64,000 bases of DNA, from positions 33,668,001 to 33,732,000 of the forward strand of contig NC_086108.1 in NCBI RefSeq assembly GCF_963921235.1, given 5' to 3'. Source of the stretch: Mobula hypostoma (taxonomy: Eukaryota). The notes under the pieces were generated by a model. That model made no database searches and had not been told where the DNA came from. It saw only the letters and a program-made list of their open reading frames with translations. This document shows, in pieces, positions 10,828 through 23,329 of the stretch. A program made the position numbers and the translations under genes. Numbering within the stretch: position 1 is the first letter of the stretch; each line of letters opens with the position of its first letter.

Positions 10828-13800
10828 TAGTTCACGTTGCCTGGTTTGATGCAGGCTAATTAACACAACCCGTTGTTTTATGTTTGGCTGAAGCAGACGT
10901 GAACGTCTATGGTCACTTCACTTTCCAAATCATATCTCCAGCCATCCATCCCCTGCTGCGGACTAGCAGTCTGCACTTGGTAGACAGCGCTATCTGCAAG
11001 TCTGTCTTCGACTTCAAACTGATTACCGCTTGCAATTTAAGACCTGAAGACTGGTTCTTTCATGAATTAATATCTGCTGTATTCATGTAATTTCTAATTG
11101 ATTCCAAATGATTTTGTATGTCCAATAATAGCAAGAAGTAACAAGTTTCTTGTTTAATTCTGAATAACACAAGAGTGATTCTAGAAATAGATGAGGTCTA
11201 TCAGCACATTGAGTGCAGAACCAAGAGAATGACTATAGAGATTTATAATATGCACATTTTATTTAATTGCACAAGAAACAGTTAAAAACGTACGCTTTCT
11301 GCAGATTTTGGTGTGATACTTGGTTTTATAATGCATTCCATTTAACAATATATGGTAGGAAAGAGTATTTGGTATTTTCTATTAAATTTTTAACTGAACT
11401 ATAATTGGTAAATGCATCAAATGTAAACAATAGTGACACCTGAACTGTGATGCTGACATATAAAAGAACATTGTTTTGAAGTTTCTGTGGCCACTTTATC
11501 AGCATCTCCACTGGCAGAAAACAATTAATTTAGATCACCGAGTTATCTAAAGATTTCTCCTTGTAAGAAACTATCTTGGCTACTCAGTATTTCAGCTGAA
11601 TTGCTGGATCAGTTGAAGAACTGACAGCAGAGTAAAGAGAGTGTTCCAATATAGTTTTTCACAATCTAAATATTATTATGGGAGTGCAATGAAACACCAG
11701 ACAATTTTTTTTTTCAGTTTCAAGATGAATAACTTGCTTGAAATATGGCATATTAAAAGACACTGAAATCTTCTAAGGCATTTCAGCTGAACATACCAAA
11801 CTAATACCATCTCTTCTTAAATATTTGGCTGTCTACACGAAAGTCAGGTGGTACAAAACAATTTTTCCATTTATAATGTGTTGATGAATGACATTTGCTC
11901 AAGGACTTGTTCCTGACTTCTATGTTTCTCTACAAACAAATTGCTCCCTGGCATTGGTGTATTAGTAGGCATTCTCCCTTCTAAATATGATCTCTGAAAA
12001 TTGCATAAATGCAAGTTTGCTTGCAGGCACTGCAGATCAACTCAGGGGTCTATTGCAATTGAAAGGAATTTTACACCATTGATGCCCAGCTGGTCGTGAC
12101 CATTGTGCAAGGTGGTGTCCAGCACCCTAGCAACAGTCGCAATGTCCTCATTTTCCTACCAGGGTTATTGGCTAATATCATGGCTCACGACACTAATGGG
12201 CAACCAAAATATATGTGAGGTTTATATAGTGCATGAGAATTGTATATGCTCTGTAGCATACAGTATGAGGTAAACCAATAGTTCTATTGCCTAGTCTACT
12301 CCAGTGGAATCCCACAATACTATGCGGAACATCAAGATTCATCTTCCAAAACCTTCTCATTATGAGAAGCAGTCCTTATTATCAGCTACTTGATGAGAAG
12401 CCTGTGAAGAAAGTGGCTGAGGAGTAAGAGAATGGAGAAGAGGAATCCTGTATACTGCATTTTAACCTGGTCCTCCATGAACAATTCATTTGACTGTATT
12501 ATCAATAAATACAAACTATTAACAACAGTCCTTCGGCTTACCTTCTACCCATCCAGACCATCAATAGCCACATTACAAAAGTAACAGTCCACACAAAGTG
12601 TGCAGACTTGGAAATTCAAATATGTTAATCTGTATCAAAATGTACATTAATTGCCCTTATCCATTCCCTTAAGCTCAGTCCTCTGTGCTTGCTGGCCCGA
12701 GGTATCCAGCTATCTGTGATTGCAGATAAACTGGTAACCTACAGTAGAGGAAATCGTCTGGCATTGGAACTGGTAATAAGAAACTTTGAGCACAGCCGAC
12801 ATTAAATTGAACTGACAGGCAACTACAAATGCACAGGTGAAAATCAGTGATGGATTTATGATTTATCCATCCTGAAAGAAGATTCACATTCTATAGAAAC
12901 AATACTATTTCCTTAGGTCTGTGACCACCGATCATAGTAATTTGTCGGAGGACTGAGTTGCTTGATGTTTCCTTGAAGACCATGCCAGCACTAATTAGCA
13001 TCCTAGAACACTGTATTCACTTGTTGGAGGTGGTTGGGTTGGATATGGATGTGGATGAAAACCAATACTGGTTTCTAGTAGTTTTAGCTTAATGCTGCAT
13101 TCAGTGAAATTAGTCGTAATACTCCCTTTTGCTTTGATCATGCGACTTCGGACCACAAAGGCTGACAGGCAGAACTCCAAGGACTTTTTATTTAATTGAA
13201 TGTATGGCTGTTTGACAAAACCTTAACTGTAGTGAATGGTATGCAGCAATAGTCTGGCGATTGATCCTGACCAACAAGCCTGCATGTACAGCCCGAGTGA
13301 CAATAGTTGGGTACCTAGACAGTTCACTGTGAAACTGGTCTGAATGGGCCAGTCTGCGGTTTAACAGGAATTCTGTGTATGGAAACACAGCCTCTCAAAA
13401 ACTCCAAGTCTACAAATTGTTGAAAGTATATCGAGCTATGTAAAGAGCGTGGAGGTGGGTTGTGATCTCAGCTGTCAAACATGTTTCTATTTCAACTGCT
13501 TTAGCTTTCAGGCTAATGCACCTGCGCGAAGCAATACAACTGGCAAGAAAAAAAAAAGACATTTCAAATGCTTAATGCTGCAGTGAGCAAGTGGGGCTAT
13601 AAAGATTTTCTTTCACCACGCTCAATGCAAAAAAAAAATGATTTCATCTACAATTGCTCGCAAGGCAACTATAGAGAAGGTCCAAATTATCTCATGAATT
13701 GAGAAGGTTCTGTGAGCTTCAGCCAATCCTCCTTCATTGTCATCATAAACCAACCTCAAGTACAAGCCTCAACTAGGTCACCCTTCTCGAAAAGAATTTG

Positions 13801-14143
13801 ACTAAATTAATTTTAAAACTAAACCCAAGTACCCTTCTTTCAGATGCATTTTGAAGTAGCGGAGATATTCATCTTATATACGTATACACACACTACATCA
13901 TTGGCTTTGCTTCCAAAGATAAGTGGGGGGGGGGGATGTTATTAACCCAAAGAGAATACTGCCTATTTGTTCATTGTTTGGAATATCAACACACCAAGCA
14001 GAACCACTGTTCAATCTTCTTTGCCCATACTAAAGTCGGCGAAGTGCCATCCTCTTGAACTTCAGCAATCCTTTTGGTGAAAGTGCTCCCATTGAGCTGC
14101 TGGACAGGCAATTCCAGGATGTAGACCAAGTGACGATGATATA

Positions 14144-15758
14144 CAGTGCCTATAAAAAGTATTCACCCACCTTGGAAGCTCTCATGTTTTATTGTTTTAA
14201 AACATTGAATCAACGGATTTAATTTGGCTTCTTGGACACTGATCAACAGAAAAAGACTCTTGTGTCAAAGTAAAAACAGATCTCTACAAAGTGATCTAAA
14301 CTACTTACAAATATCAAATTCTAAATAATTGATTGCATAAGTATTTACCCCCTTCAAGTCAGTATTTAGCAGATGCACATTTGGCAGCAATTACAGTCTG
14401 TGTGGATAGGCCTCTATCAGCTTTGCACATCTGGACACTGCAAATTTTCCCCATCCTTCTTTGCAATGTTGCTGAAGCTCTGTCAGGCTGCATGGGGATC
14501 ATGAGTGAACAGCCATTTTCAAGTCCAGCCACAAATTCACAATTGGATTTAAGTCTGGGCCCTGATTTAACCCACTCCAGGACATTAACTTTGTTGTTTG
14601 TAAGCCATTCCTGTGTAGCTTTGGATTTATACTTGGGGAAATTGTCTTGCTAGAAAACAACTCTTCTCAAGTCATAGTTTTCTTGCAGTCTACGGCAGGT
14701 TTTCCTCCAGGATTTCCCTGTATTTTGCTGCATTCATTTTACCCTCTACCTTCACAAGCCTCCAGGGCCTGCTGCAGTGAAGCATCCCCACAGCATGATG
14801 CAGCCACCACCATGCTTCACAGTGACGGTGTGTTTTTGATGATGTGCGGTGTTTGGCTTACACCAAAAGTAACGTTCAATCTGATGGACAAAAAACTCAA
14901 TTTTGGTTTCATCAGACCACAGAATCTTCTTCCAGCTGACTTCATAGTCTCCCACATGTCTTCTGGCAAAGTCTAACTGAGAGTTCGTGTGTGTTCCCCC
15001 CCACCCCCCACCCCCAACAGTGGCTTTCCCTTTGCCTCTCTCCCATAAAGCTGTGACTGGTGAAGCACCTGGGTAACAGCTGTATGCACAGTCTCTCCCA
15101 TCTCAGCCACTGAAGCTTGTAACTCCTCCAGAGTTGTCACAGGTCTCTTGGTCCCTTTCTTGCGCAGTCACTCAGCTTTTGAGGATAGCCTGCTTTAGAC
15201 AGATTTATAGCCGTGCCATATTTTTTCAATTTCTTAATGATTGACTTAACTGTACTCTAAAGGATAGTCAGTGACTTGGAAATTTTCTTGTATCCATCTC
15301 CTGACTTATGCTTTTCAATAACCTTTTCATGGAGCTGCTTGAGTGTTCTTTTCTCCTCATCATGTAGCTTTTGCCAGGATACTGACTCACCAGCAGTTGG
15401 ACCTTCCAGATAGAGGTACATTTTTACTACCATCATTTGAAACAGCTTGAGTGCACATGGGTCTCCAAAAACAGATCTCCATTTAAATAATTATATGACT
15501 TCTAAAACCAATTGACTGCACCAGTGATGAGTTGGTGTGCCATATTAAAGAGAGGTGAATACTTGTGCAATCAATTATGTGTTTTATATTTGTAATTAAT
15601 TGAGATCACTTTGTACAGATCTGTTTTCATTTTAACACGGAAGTCTTTTTCTGTTGATCAGTGTCAAAAAAGCCAAATTAAATCCACTGTTATTCAATCT
15701 TGTAAAACAATAAAACATGAAAACTTCCAAGGTGGGTGAATACTTTTTATAGGCACTG
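14144..15758 (-). mobile_element. Full-length, inactivated Tc1/mariner DNA transposon with long IR/DR-type terminal inverted repeats
   Basis: Termini CAGTGCCTATAAAAAGTATTCACCCACCTTGGAAG and its exact reverse complement; the inverted similarity extends about 210 bp and includes an inner direct repeat (gcataagtatttaccccc). TA on the left, TG on the right. Confidence 0.95.
14359..15363 (-). pseudogene. Tc1-family transposase pseudogene
   Basis: N-terminal KVIEKHKSGDGYKKISKSL; catalytic region WKKILWSDETKIE...VKHGGGCIMLWGCF (ORF 14752-14955); stop near 14359; broken by frameshifts. Confidence 0.88.
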
Positions 15759-17329
15759 TGGTTTCAAGTCAAGTTGATACGAGACTTGCAGGACAATCAC
15801 CTGGTGGTGGTGTTGTCCGAAGCAGCTGCCGGCCTTGGCCCTCATGATGGTGAAGATGTGGGTTTTCCAGATGCTGTCAGTATACCTTTGAAAAGTAACT
15901 GCGGTGATTTTTGTATCTGGAATATATTGCTAACCTTGTGAGTTGGAGGAATGAAGGAGTGCTCAGAGTGGTGGTAGGGATGCTTTGTCCTGAATGGCAT
16001 TGAGCCTCCTAAACATTATTGGTGGTGCAGTCAGCTAGGCAAGAGGAAAATATTGAAAACAAAGTTTACTGCTCTGCCACCTCTGCTGGTCCTGTCTGTA
16101 GGTGGAAACCACACACCTAGTGATCATGAAGGGCACAGTTTGTGACACCATTTGAAAGACAATTCCTTTAAGATGACTAATCCATAGGAGAGATTTCCCA
16201 AATTAGTTACAGATGTTCATGGAGAGAATTCTACAGGGATGATTTTGCTGAGTACAACTTTTCTAAATCTGAGCACCATGCCTCAGTCAACGCTGGGCTT
16301 TATTCAAACCATATTTTAACAGAATAGTTTAGTAAACACGACAGTGAACCACATTGTGATGATCTGGAGTCACACAGACTCCAGTCCCTGTATGGTCTGC
16401 AGTCTTCAGTGCCTAAATGACAGTGAATGGGAGTTCAATCCAATCCAGGAGGTTCATGATTACTATGAGAATCCTAGATTCTTAAATCTTATTTTAAAAT
16501 TCCCAGCTGTATTGGTGGGAGTTTTCTCTTGCATCAAATTTTGCATGCGGGCTTCTGGATCTCTAGCTGAGGAATTAAACTGCTCTGGCACCATTCCTAC
16601 TTTTGCAGTCACCTTCTTTTGACTAGCTCCTTTGCTTTGGTGGTTCAGAGCTACTCATTTCCTGGTAGGTTGAACCCGTACACCTTCCTTTTTAATATGG
16701 AAATAGAGGATAATAATAGTCATGAAGAAGGAGCCCGATTAAAGGTAGAAAATGCCGGAAACCAGTCAGGAAGTCACATAGCCTGTTCAGAGGGAAAGAG
16801 TTAACATTTCAGGTTAACAATCCTTCCTCAGCTCTAAGGAAAGGCCATCTTGAAATGTCATTTGTTTTTTGGTCTGCAAATGCCGCCTGGCCTGCTGAAT
16901 ATGTTCAGTGTTTTCTTATTTCAGATTTTCAGCATCTGAAGTATTTAGTCTTTGGTGATCAAAGGTTATAGTTCCTTTGTTTTTCCTGAACATGCCAGCG
17001 ATGAACTGATTGAAACCATCCTTTTAAGTTATATACTTTGAAGGAGATTGATTGCTTTGGTGTCTTTGCAATTGCATTATTGTTTTTCATGTTACTTCCA
17101 CAAGAAAGGAATACAGTTATATGATTTAGTTTGATCGTTTAATCTTTTCTAAAATTTTAAAGTAAAAGGAAATCAGACTCGCTATTACTTGCTAACATAT
17201 TACATGCAAACATCCTGACTAAATTTAAGCATTCACTTCGAACAAGTAGTCTTATTTTAGTTTGCATTTCTGACTTTTTTCATTTCGGACCATCTAAACT
17301 ATTTTTATTATGGTATAATTTAGTCATGT

Positions 17330-17752
17330 TTCATCTTGGTTTCCACACATAGCTATCTATTGGTATCTACCTTTCCCCATCCCCCACACACTCTACCCAC
17401 TTGGTCCCCTAGCCTCTCCCTTCCCCCCTCTCCCCACAGTTCCCATCTAATGTGTCCCTCCCTGATCTGGCTTCACTCACAACCATTTCTCATCACATTC
17501 CATAATCTACAGTCATTTGCTGTCTCTACTAATCACCTCCTAGCAGCTACTGTTGCTATCCTTCCCCCCACCTGGATCCATCTGCTCGTCAATCCTTCCA
17601 CGTTTGGACCCACCTAGTGCTCGGAAGCTCTGTCTCACCCCTCCACTTCATCCCATCTCCTATCTTCTCTCAGTCCTGATACAGGGTCTTGACCCAAAAT
17701 TTCTTTGCCTCCACAGACGCTGCCTCAGCTGATGAGCTTCTCCAGAAGTTTG
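17330..17752 (+). mobile_element. Degenerate Penelope-like element 3' end / pseudo-LTR
   Basis: C-rich tract followed by cagtcctgatacagggtcttgaccc and cacagacgctgcct...ctccag, the same layout as the other pseudo-LTRs here. Confidence 0.55.
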
Positions 17753-18399
17753 TATTCCTCTATCCTGCTGCAAATCTGTTTGCCAATGATAGTACTGGCA
17801 GGAATGCACACTGCTTGGTCTTTGTGGAAATTACTTCATTTTCTCAAAGGTGACATCTGACTTGATATCGTGTGGCATTACCACAGTGTAATTACCACAA
17901 TTAGGTAGATTCAGAAATGGGCATTCAAGAGCAGCTATGGGTGTCCAGGAACTATGCTCTTGTTGTCCAGGACAATCTGTAACCAGCAGAGCCTTCAGTC
18001 TGTCTTTGCCATCAAAGCAGTGGTTCAACCCTGGCTCACTTGGAAGAGCACAAAAATCTTCACTGATGCAAGGTTCAGACTGTGGTTCCATTCAAAATGG
18101 AGATAAATAGATAGCTGGGTATTTAAAAAATACAGAGACAAGGTAAAGATGCTGCCTGACATGCTGCATTCCTCCAGCAGTTTGAGTTTAACAACATACA
18201 GGCTGGGACTAATATTTAGCCAGGTTGGTCCATACAAGGGGTTGGGTTAACAAAGTAGAGTCCAGCTAGCTTCCCTAAATACTTAACAGAAATATCCCTA
18301 TCTTTAACAATCTGAAATTTAACTGGACTTGTCATTGCAAACTGTGGCTGTGAGGGCAGGTCAGAGGTTAAATAATCTATGGTGAATGACTCATTTGCC

Positions 18400-20645
18400 A
18401 ACTTCCCAAAGCTTTTTCATGTCCATAGCTGACAAATAGATGGAACACTCAACTTTCCACCTAATTCTGTGACACTTTACATTTTCTTCACCACTAACAA
18501 TTTTCAGTTCTCTGCCCGTTGCTTGATTTTCACCATGAACATCCCATGACTGTTCACTTTTATGTCGCGTCAGGAAGACCGCAGGGCTCTGCTTCTAACT
18601 GGATGGCAGACTCAACCACCTCCCCTCCACCACCACTCTCCTCTGTCTGGCAGAACTAGTACTTGCTCTCAACTTCACTTTTGGTTTCTCCATCTTTCCC
18701 GATATGGAAGGTGTAGCCTTTGGCACTCATGTGGGCCTCAGTTCTGCCTGCCTTTTCATTAGCTGCATAAAGCAATCCGCATTGTAAACCTACACTCACA
18801 ATGTTCCCCAACTCTACAACATTGACCACTGCATTGGTACCTCTTCCTGCACACATGCAGAGGTCGTCAGTTTCACCAACTTCAGCACCAGCTTCCACCC
18901 TATTCAAAAATCACTCAATCTATTACTGACACCTTTCTCTCCATTCTTGACCTCTATCTTCATCTCCAGGGATGGATTATCCCTGGAGATATTCTACAAA
19001 CTCATTTACAGTACCTCAAATGGAACTTTCCCCATCTTGTCACTTGCAGGGATGATATTTCATTCTCTCAGCTTCTCTCTCCCTGCAATATCTGTTCTAA
19101 TGAGAAGACTTTGCACTTTAGGATATCTGAAATATCCTCTTTTCTTCAGAAAATGTTTTTCCTCTTCCCTATTGCTATTGATGCTGCCTTACTCACTTCT
19201 CTTCCATTTCCCATAAATCTGCTCTCAACCACCCCACCTCCGACATAATAGGGATAGGCGTCCCATTGTCCTCACCTCCCACCCAACCAGATTCAGAATC
19301 AGGTTTAATGTTACTGACACGTGTTGCTAAATTTGTTGTTTTGTGGCAGCAGTATAGTACACCCAAAAAAAAACTAAATTGGAATAAGCAATATATATAG
19401 GTTTTCCAAGACCCTAAACTTCCAACATATTCTCTGACATTTCCACTATCACTGACAGCTTCCCACCACCAGCCATTTTTAAGAACAATAATTTTAACAA
19501 AGACGAAAGTCTCGCTCTAAGTAAGAACTAGAATTCGATTGTAAGCAGGGTGGGACAGTGGAAACCCAATTGGTAGAGGGCTAACTAATCAGGAGGGACG
19601 GACGAAGAGGGTATATGTATCACCAAACTTGACTGCCTAGACATCATGCCTGATGAAGACGGTGGAGTCTGTCATTGAAACATTGGTTAAAATCAATACC
19701 TGTACCAGCTGGAAGCCCAAGAAGAGTTTGTCAGATATGCTGGGAGAGCACTAGATCCTTTTTCAGACATTTTTCTACCCCTCCACTCTCCATGACTCTT
19801 GTCTGCTCATCCATTTCTATCGATCTCTCTCTAGGCACTTAAACCTACAAGCACCTACCCTTATATCTCCTCTATCACCACCATTCAAGGCTATAAACAG
19901 AACTTCCAGGTGAGACAGTTCTTCATGAGTGAATTCAGTGTCATTTATTATATCTGGTGCTCATCTACATAGGTGAAACCCGACACAGGTTAGAGGGTCA
20001 CTTCATAGAGCATTTTTACTCTGTCCACCATAACAGCTAGGATCATCCAGAGATCGGTTGGTTTAGTTCTACTTCCCATTGAACACACTGACATGCCTGG
20101 TCCATGGCCTCTTCTACTTCAAGCCGAGGCCAGATACTAATTAGAGGGACAATAGTCCGTATTCTATCTTGGCAGTCTCCAACTGACAGCATGAACATTG
20201 ATTTCTCTCACTCCCAGAAACCACCGCCTCCCACTTTGCCTTATTCCAATTGCCCCCATCACCTTTTCATTTTCCCCTCCCCTACCAACTTGACCTACCT
20301 ATCACCAACACATTCCTCCCTCTATTTCCCCTCCTCTTTTCCTTTATTCTATGGTCTACTGCCCTCTTCTATCAGATTCCATCTCCCTCAGCCCTTTGTC
20401 ACTTCCCAGCAACTTGCATCACTCCTACTCTCCCACTCCTTCAGTTGCCCATTATCCTTCTCACCTAGATCTACCAATCATCTGCCTGCTCTTGCTCCAC
20501 CTTTTACCTCCACATTTTTATGCTACCTCTCTTGTTTTTGTCCCTGTTTCTAGTTGAAAGGTCTCACTCAACTAGAAACATTGACTGCCTATTTCCCTCC
20601 ATAAATGCTGTCTGTCCAGCTGAATTCCTCGCATTTTGTGTGTTG
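18400..20645 (+). mobile_element. Degenerate Penelope-like retroelement (RT and GIY-YIG remnants plus pseudo-LTR) with nested insertions
   Basis: RT remnants resembling GTRMGPSYACLF (about 18720) and FLDL (about 18945); GIY-YIG remnant (19905-20010); C/T-rich pseudo-LTR ending gcattttgtgtgttgct. Confidence 0.75.
19481..19763 (+). mobile_element. 3' fragment of a second Penelope-like family inserted into the first
   Basis: Begins KNNNFNKDESLALSKN (resembles the NRDEG-type C-terminus of Penelope ORFs), contains CTGATGA...GAAA, and is flanked by cagccattttt (19470-19480) / cagacattttt (19764-19774). Confidence 0.6.
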
Positions 20646-20959
20646 CTTCACTTCCCCACAGGACTGCAGCTGCAACAACAGAAGAGAATCAATACTGTCT
20701 GAAACAAAACCATCTGGTTGAGCCTCAAGAATTCTTACATCCTACATATTCACTCCCCTCAGCACTAACACATCTTGGCAAGAGAGCGTACAGTTTAGAA
20801 AATTTACTGCATTTTTTAACTGAAGATTTCTTTGGCACTTAATGCACAATCTGTCACCAATCTGACAAGGCCAGATAAAGCAGGGTGAACACAGCAAACT
20901 GCACCATTCCCTCTCAGTTACGGTTACGACTGGGAAGAAAGTGACGTGCGGTAGCTTAC

Positions 20960-21038
20960 CTGGGATCACCTGAGCACCGGCAAGCCCAAGACAATGTATC
21001 AGCATCAGCAGCATCATCGGAAAGGGAGCAATGATCAT
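20960..21038 (-). CDS. Signal-peptide-encoding exon of a secreted or cell-surface protein (DDR2-like or long-isoform ROBO1-like); whole exon 20960-21061
   Basis: Acceptor attctgattctctcctcag|G at 21062/21061; ATG at 21038 in AAAATGA context; 26 codons MIIAPFPMMLLMLIHCLGLAGAQVIP plus 1 nt; donor CCAG|gtaagc at 20960/20959 (phase 1). Hydrophobic core and A-G-A cleavage motif; lies in repeat-free sequence. Confidence 0.72.
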
Positions 21039-22149
21039 TTTAAATGGATGAATTTCCAGTCCTGAGGAGAGAATCAGAATTTGTCCTGAGTGGCAAGTAA
21101 TCATCTTAACACCCCAGAAACAGATGGAGGTCATATACAGTTGGTTTATTTCTATCACATGCCTGGAAACACCCACACTGTCCACATACATGGATTTCAG
21201 AAATGAAGCAAATGATGCCTCACCTACTGCATTAAATAATGTATAATGTTTATACAGACATAGTTAAATTACACGTCAAGTAATAGCACAAGTTTGAGGA
21301 AAGTCTTTCATCTTCTGGTCATATGCAGACTTCTAGTCTTTACTAATTTTTTTTACAATTTCAAATAACTTGATTTCTATGTCTGTATCTGCCACCAGTG
21401 TGATATGGACAAAACTTGCCTTCCACTCCAAAAAAAATAGAAGGAGGAGGGGGTAAAAAAAAACATGTCCAGCCTGACTTGCCAGGCACACCTTTCTGCT
21501 CTGCATTTCCACACCTTCTGTGCTCCTTTGTGTTTGGTTATGCTCTCACTCTCCAACAGGTCCTGTTCATACTTTGAGCAGAAGATCTTATTTATAGCTT
21601 ATTCCAATATGTCCACAGTTTTACCCTCTCTGGAGCCACTCTGCTGCTCCACCCCATCTGAGCTTGACAAGTTTCTTCTGTCGCCTTTCTATTTCTGATG
21701 GAGTTCTTTCTCTTCCCACTGCTGCTGCTGCTTTGCCAAGTATTTCCAACGTTTACTGGTTTTATCTTAGATTTCCATCATTTTTTCTTATAATTTCCAA
21801 CAAATAATTGTTGTGATTTCAATAAGACAGGATGTGGGCCCACTATGGTCAAATGGAATTAATGTAGATGGGCAACAAGGTTAGAACAGACGGGGTGGGC
21901 AGAAAGGCTTGTTTTTATGCTGTCTGACTAAAAGCAAAATGTTCAGTCTGAATAAGGAGTATGCCACAATTAGTTAAAAATACCAAACGTAATCTAGACC
22001 AGACCTTTTTCTTCAAAAAAAATAGTTACACGTGTTTGCATTTTCCCAGATCTAGATTAGTCCTCATTACTTGCAGTTTATAGCATAGTGGTTAGTAGCA
22101 AGCATGAATGAAATGCTAGATTTTATGCACCCTTAGTAGGTCCCAATTA

Positions 22150-22790
22150 AGTAATCTTGATGTGCAATTACAACAATGAAGCAGGGAAAAGCACAGCAAG
22201 GAGACCATAGTTCCCTGAAAGTGGCTTCACCGTGGGAGTGTGGTTAACCTTTTGGCACACTGGCCTCTATCAGTCAGGGCACTGAGTATAGAAGTTGGGG
22301 TGAAATGCTGCAGCTGTAGAACATATTGTTACCCTGCTCTAGGTGCATTAACCTTGAAAGAGTGCAGAGCAGATCTATGAGGATATTGCCAGCGGTTGAG
22401 AAATGAGTTATGGGGAGAGGTTGAGCTGCTGCTCCCCTGGAGTGTAGGAGAATGAGGGTGATCTTAAAGAGATGTATCAAATTATGAAGGGCATAGATAA
22501 GGTCATCGCTCACTCTTCGCTTCCCCCCCCCCCCACCAAGGATTAGGGAAAGAACTAGAGAGTATAGGTTCAAGATAAGAAGGGAGAGATTTAAAAGGAA
22601 TCCCAGAGGTAACATTTTCTCCCAGCAGTTGGTCTGTTTGTGAGAAAGTAGTTCAGGCAGGTACATTAACTGCATCCAAAATGCACCTAGATAGGAAAAA
22701 TATGGGCCAAACAGGACATCTTATATGGGAATTTGGTCAGTATGGACCAATTAGGCCAAAGAGACTGTTTCTTTGTTATATGGCTCTATG
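22150..22790 (+). mobile_element. Degenerate CR1 3' fragment
   Basis: Remnants LERVQSR...RIL and a CR1-type 3' UTR ending tgttatatggctctatg. Confidence 0.65.
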
Positions 22791-22859
22791 AGCAAACAGC
22801 AATTTGATGGTGACTTGTTCATCTGTTTTAGAAACGTTTGAAAACGAAATGTTAGCTAG

Positions 22860-23045
22860 CAGACTGGGACAAAAATCCATCTGTTTCTTCAGCGTAACAC
22901 CATGGCTTTACTACCATCCAAATAAGAGAACTGACAGGCCCTTGGCTTAACTCTTCATCCAAAAGGTTAATCCCTCTAGGCGCCAGAGGGTCAATTTTAC
23001 TGTGGTTTGTGAAGAGAAACACGAGCCCTTCTGACTCAATGGAGG
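22860..23045 (-). mobile_element. Ancient Deu-domain SINE remnant (SacSINE1/AmnSINE1-like)
   Basis: gacaggcccttggcttaactcttcatccaaaag and cccttctgactca resemble the reverse complement of the Deu core as remembered; heavily diverged. Confidence 0.45.
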
Positions 23046-23329
23046 TAAACTCCCACAGATGTCAGCTGTACTTTAGATCACATAGATACTTCATTGCAGT
23101 ACAGTGATGGATGACGCAACATTGTACAATACTGTTCAGTTTAATTTTACTGTAATTTTGCATACTCCTTTTCCACTATATTGGGAAACAATGGAAAATT
23201 AAGCATTTCTCCAATTAACGTCTAAAATCAGTAAAAGAAAATTGCTATGGCAACTCTTCTTGTAAGAGTTGCAGTTGCTTTAGGTTTTTTCAGCATTTTT
23301 TGTTTATATGATTTTGCACTTCCCCCTTC

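Larger units (their letters stand above)
14030..16050 (-). mobile_element. Ancient degenerate LINE fragment hosting the Tc1 insertion
   Basis: The sequences on both sides of the Tc1 (ttccaggatgtagaccaagtgacgatg...ta | tggtttcaagtcaag...ggtggtggtgttgtcc) join into one old LINE-like fragment; recognised from memory of elasmobranch repeats only. Confidence 0.45.

Noticed and set aside
10870..11040. Open minus-strand frame IASGNQFEVEDRL...DVHVCFSQT
   Set aside because: No start codon or convincing splice sites and no family I can recognise.
17831..18401. Several 60-86 aa minus-strand ORFs as candidate downstream exons
   Set aside because: No discoidin, Ig or other recognisable motif and no matching acceptor-donor pair.
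20104..20557. Pro/Ser/Leu-rich ORFs (also 23947-24431, 29915-30293, 54845-55385)
   Set aside because: Translations of C/T-rich Penelope pseudo-LTRs, not genes.
20742..21191. 149-aa minus-strand ORF as a single-exon gene
   Set aside because: Only the part between the splice signals (20960-21061) looks like protein; the rest is read-through into intron.
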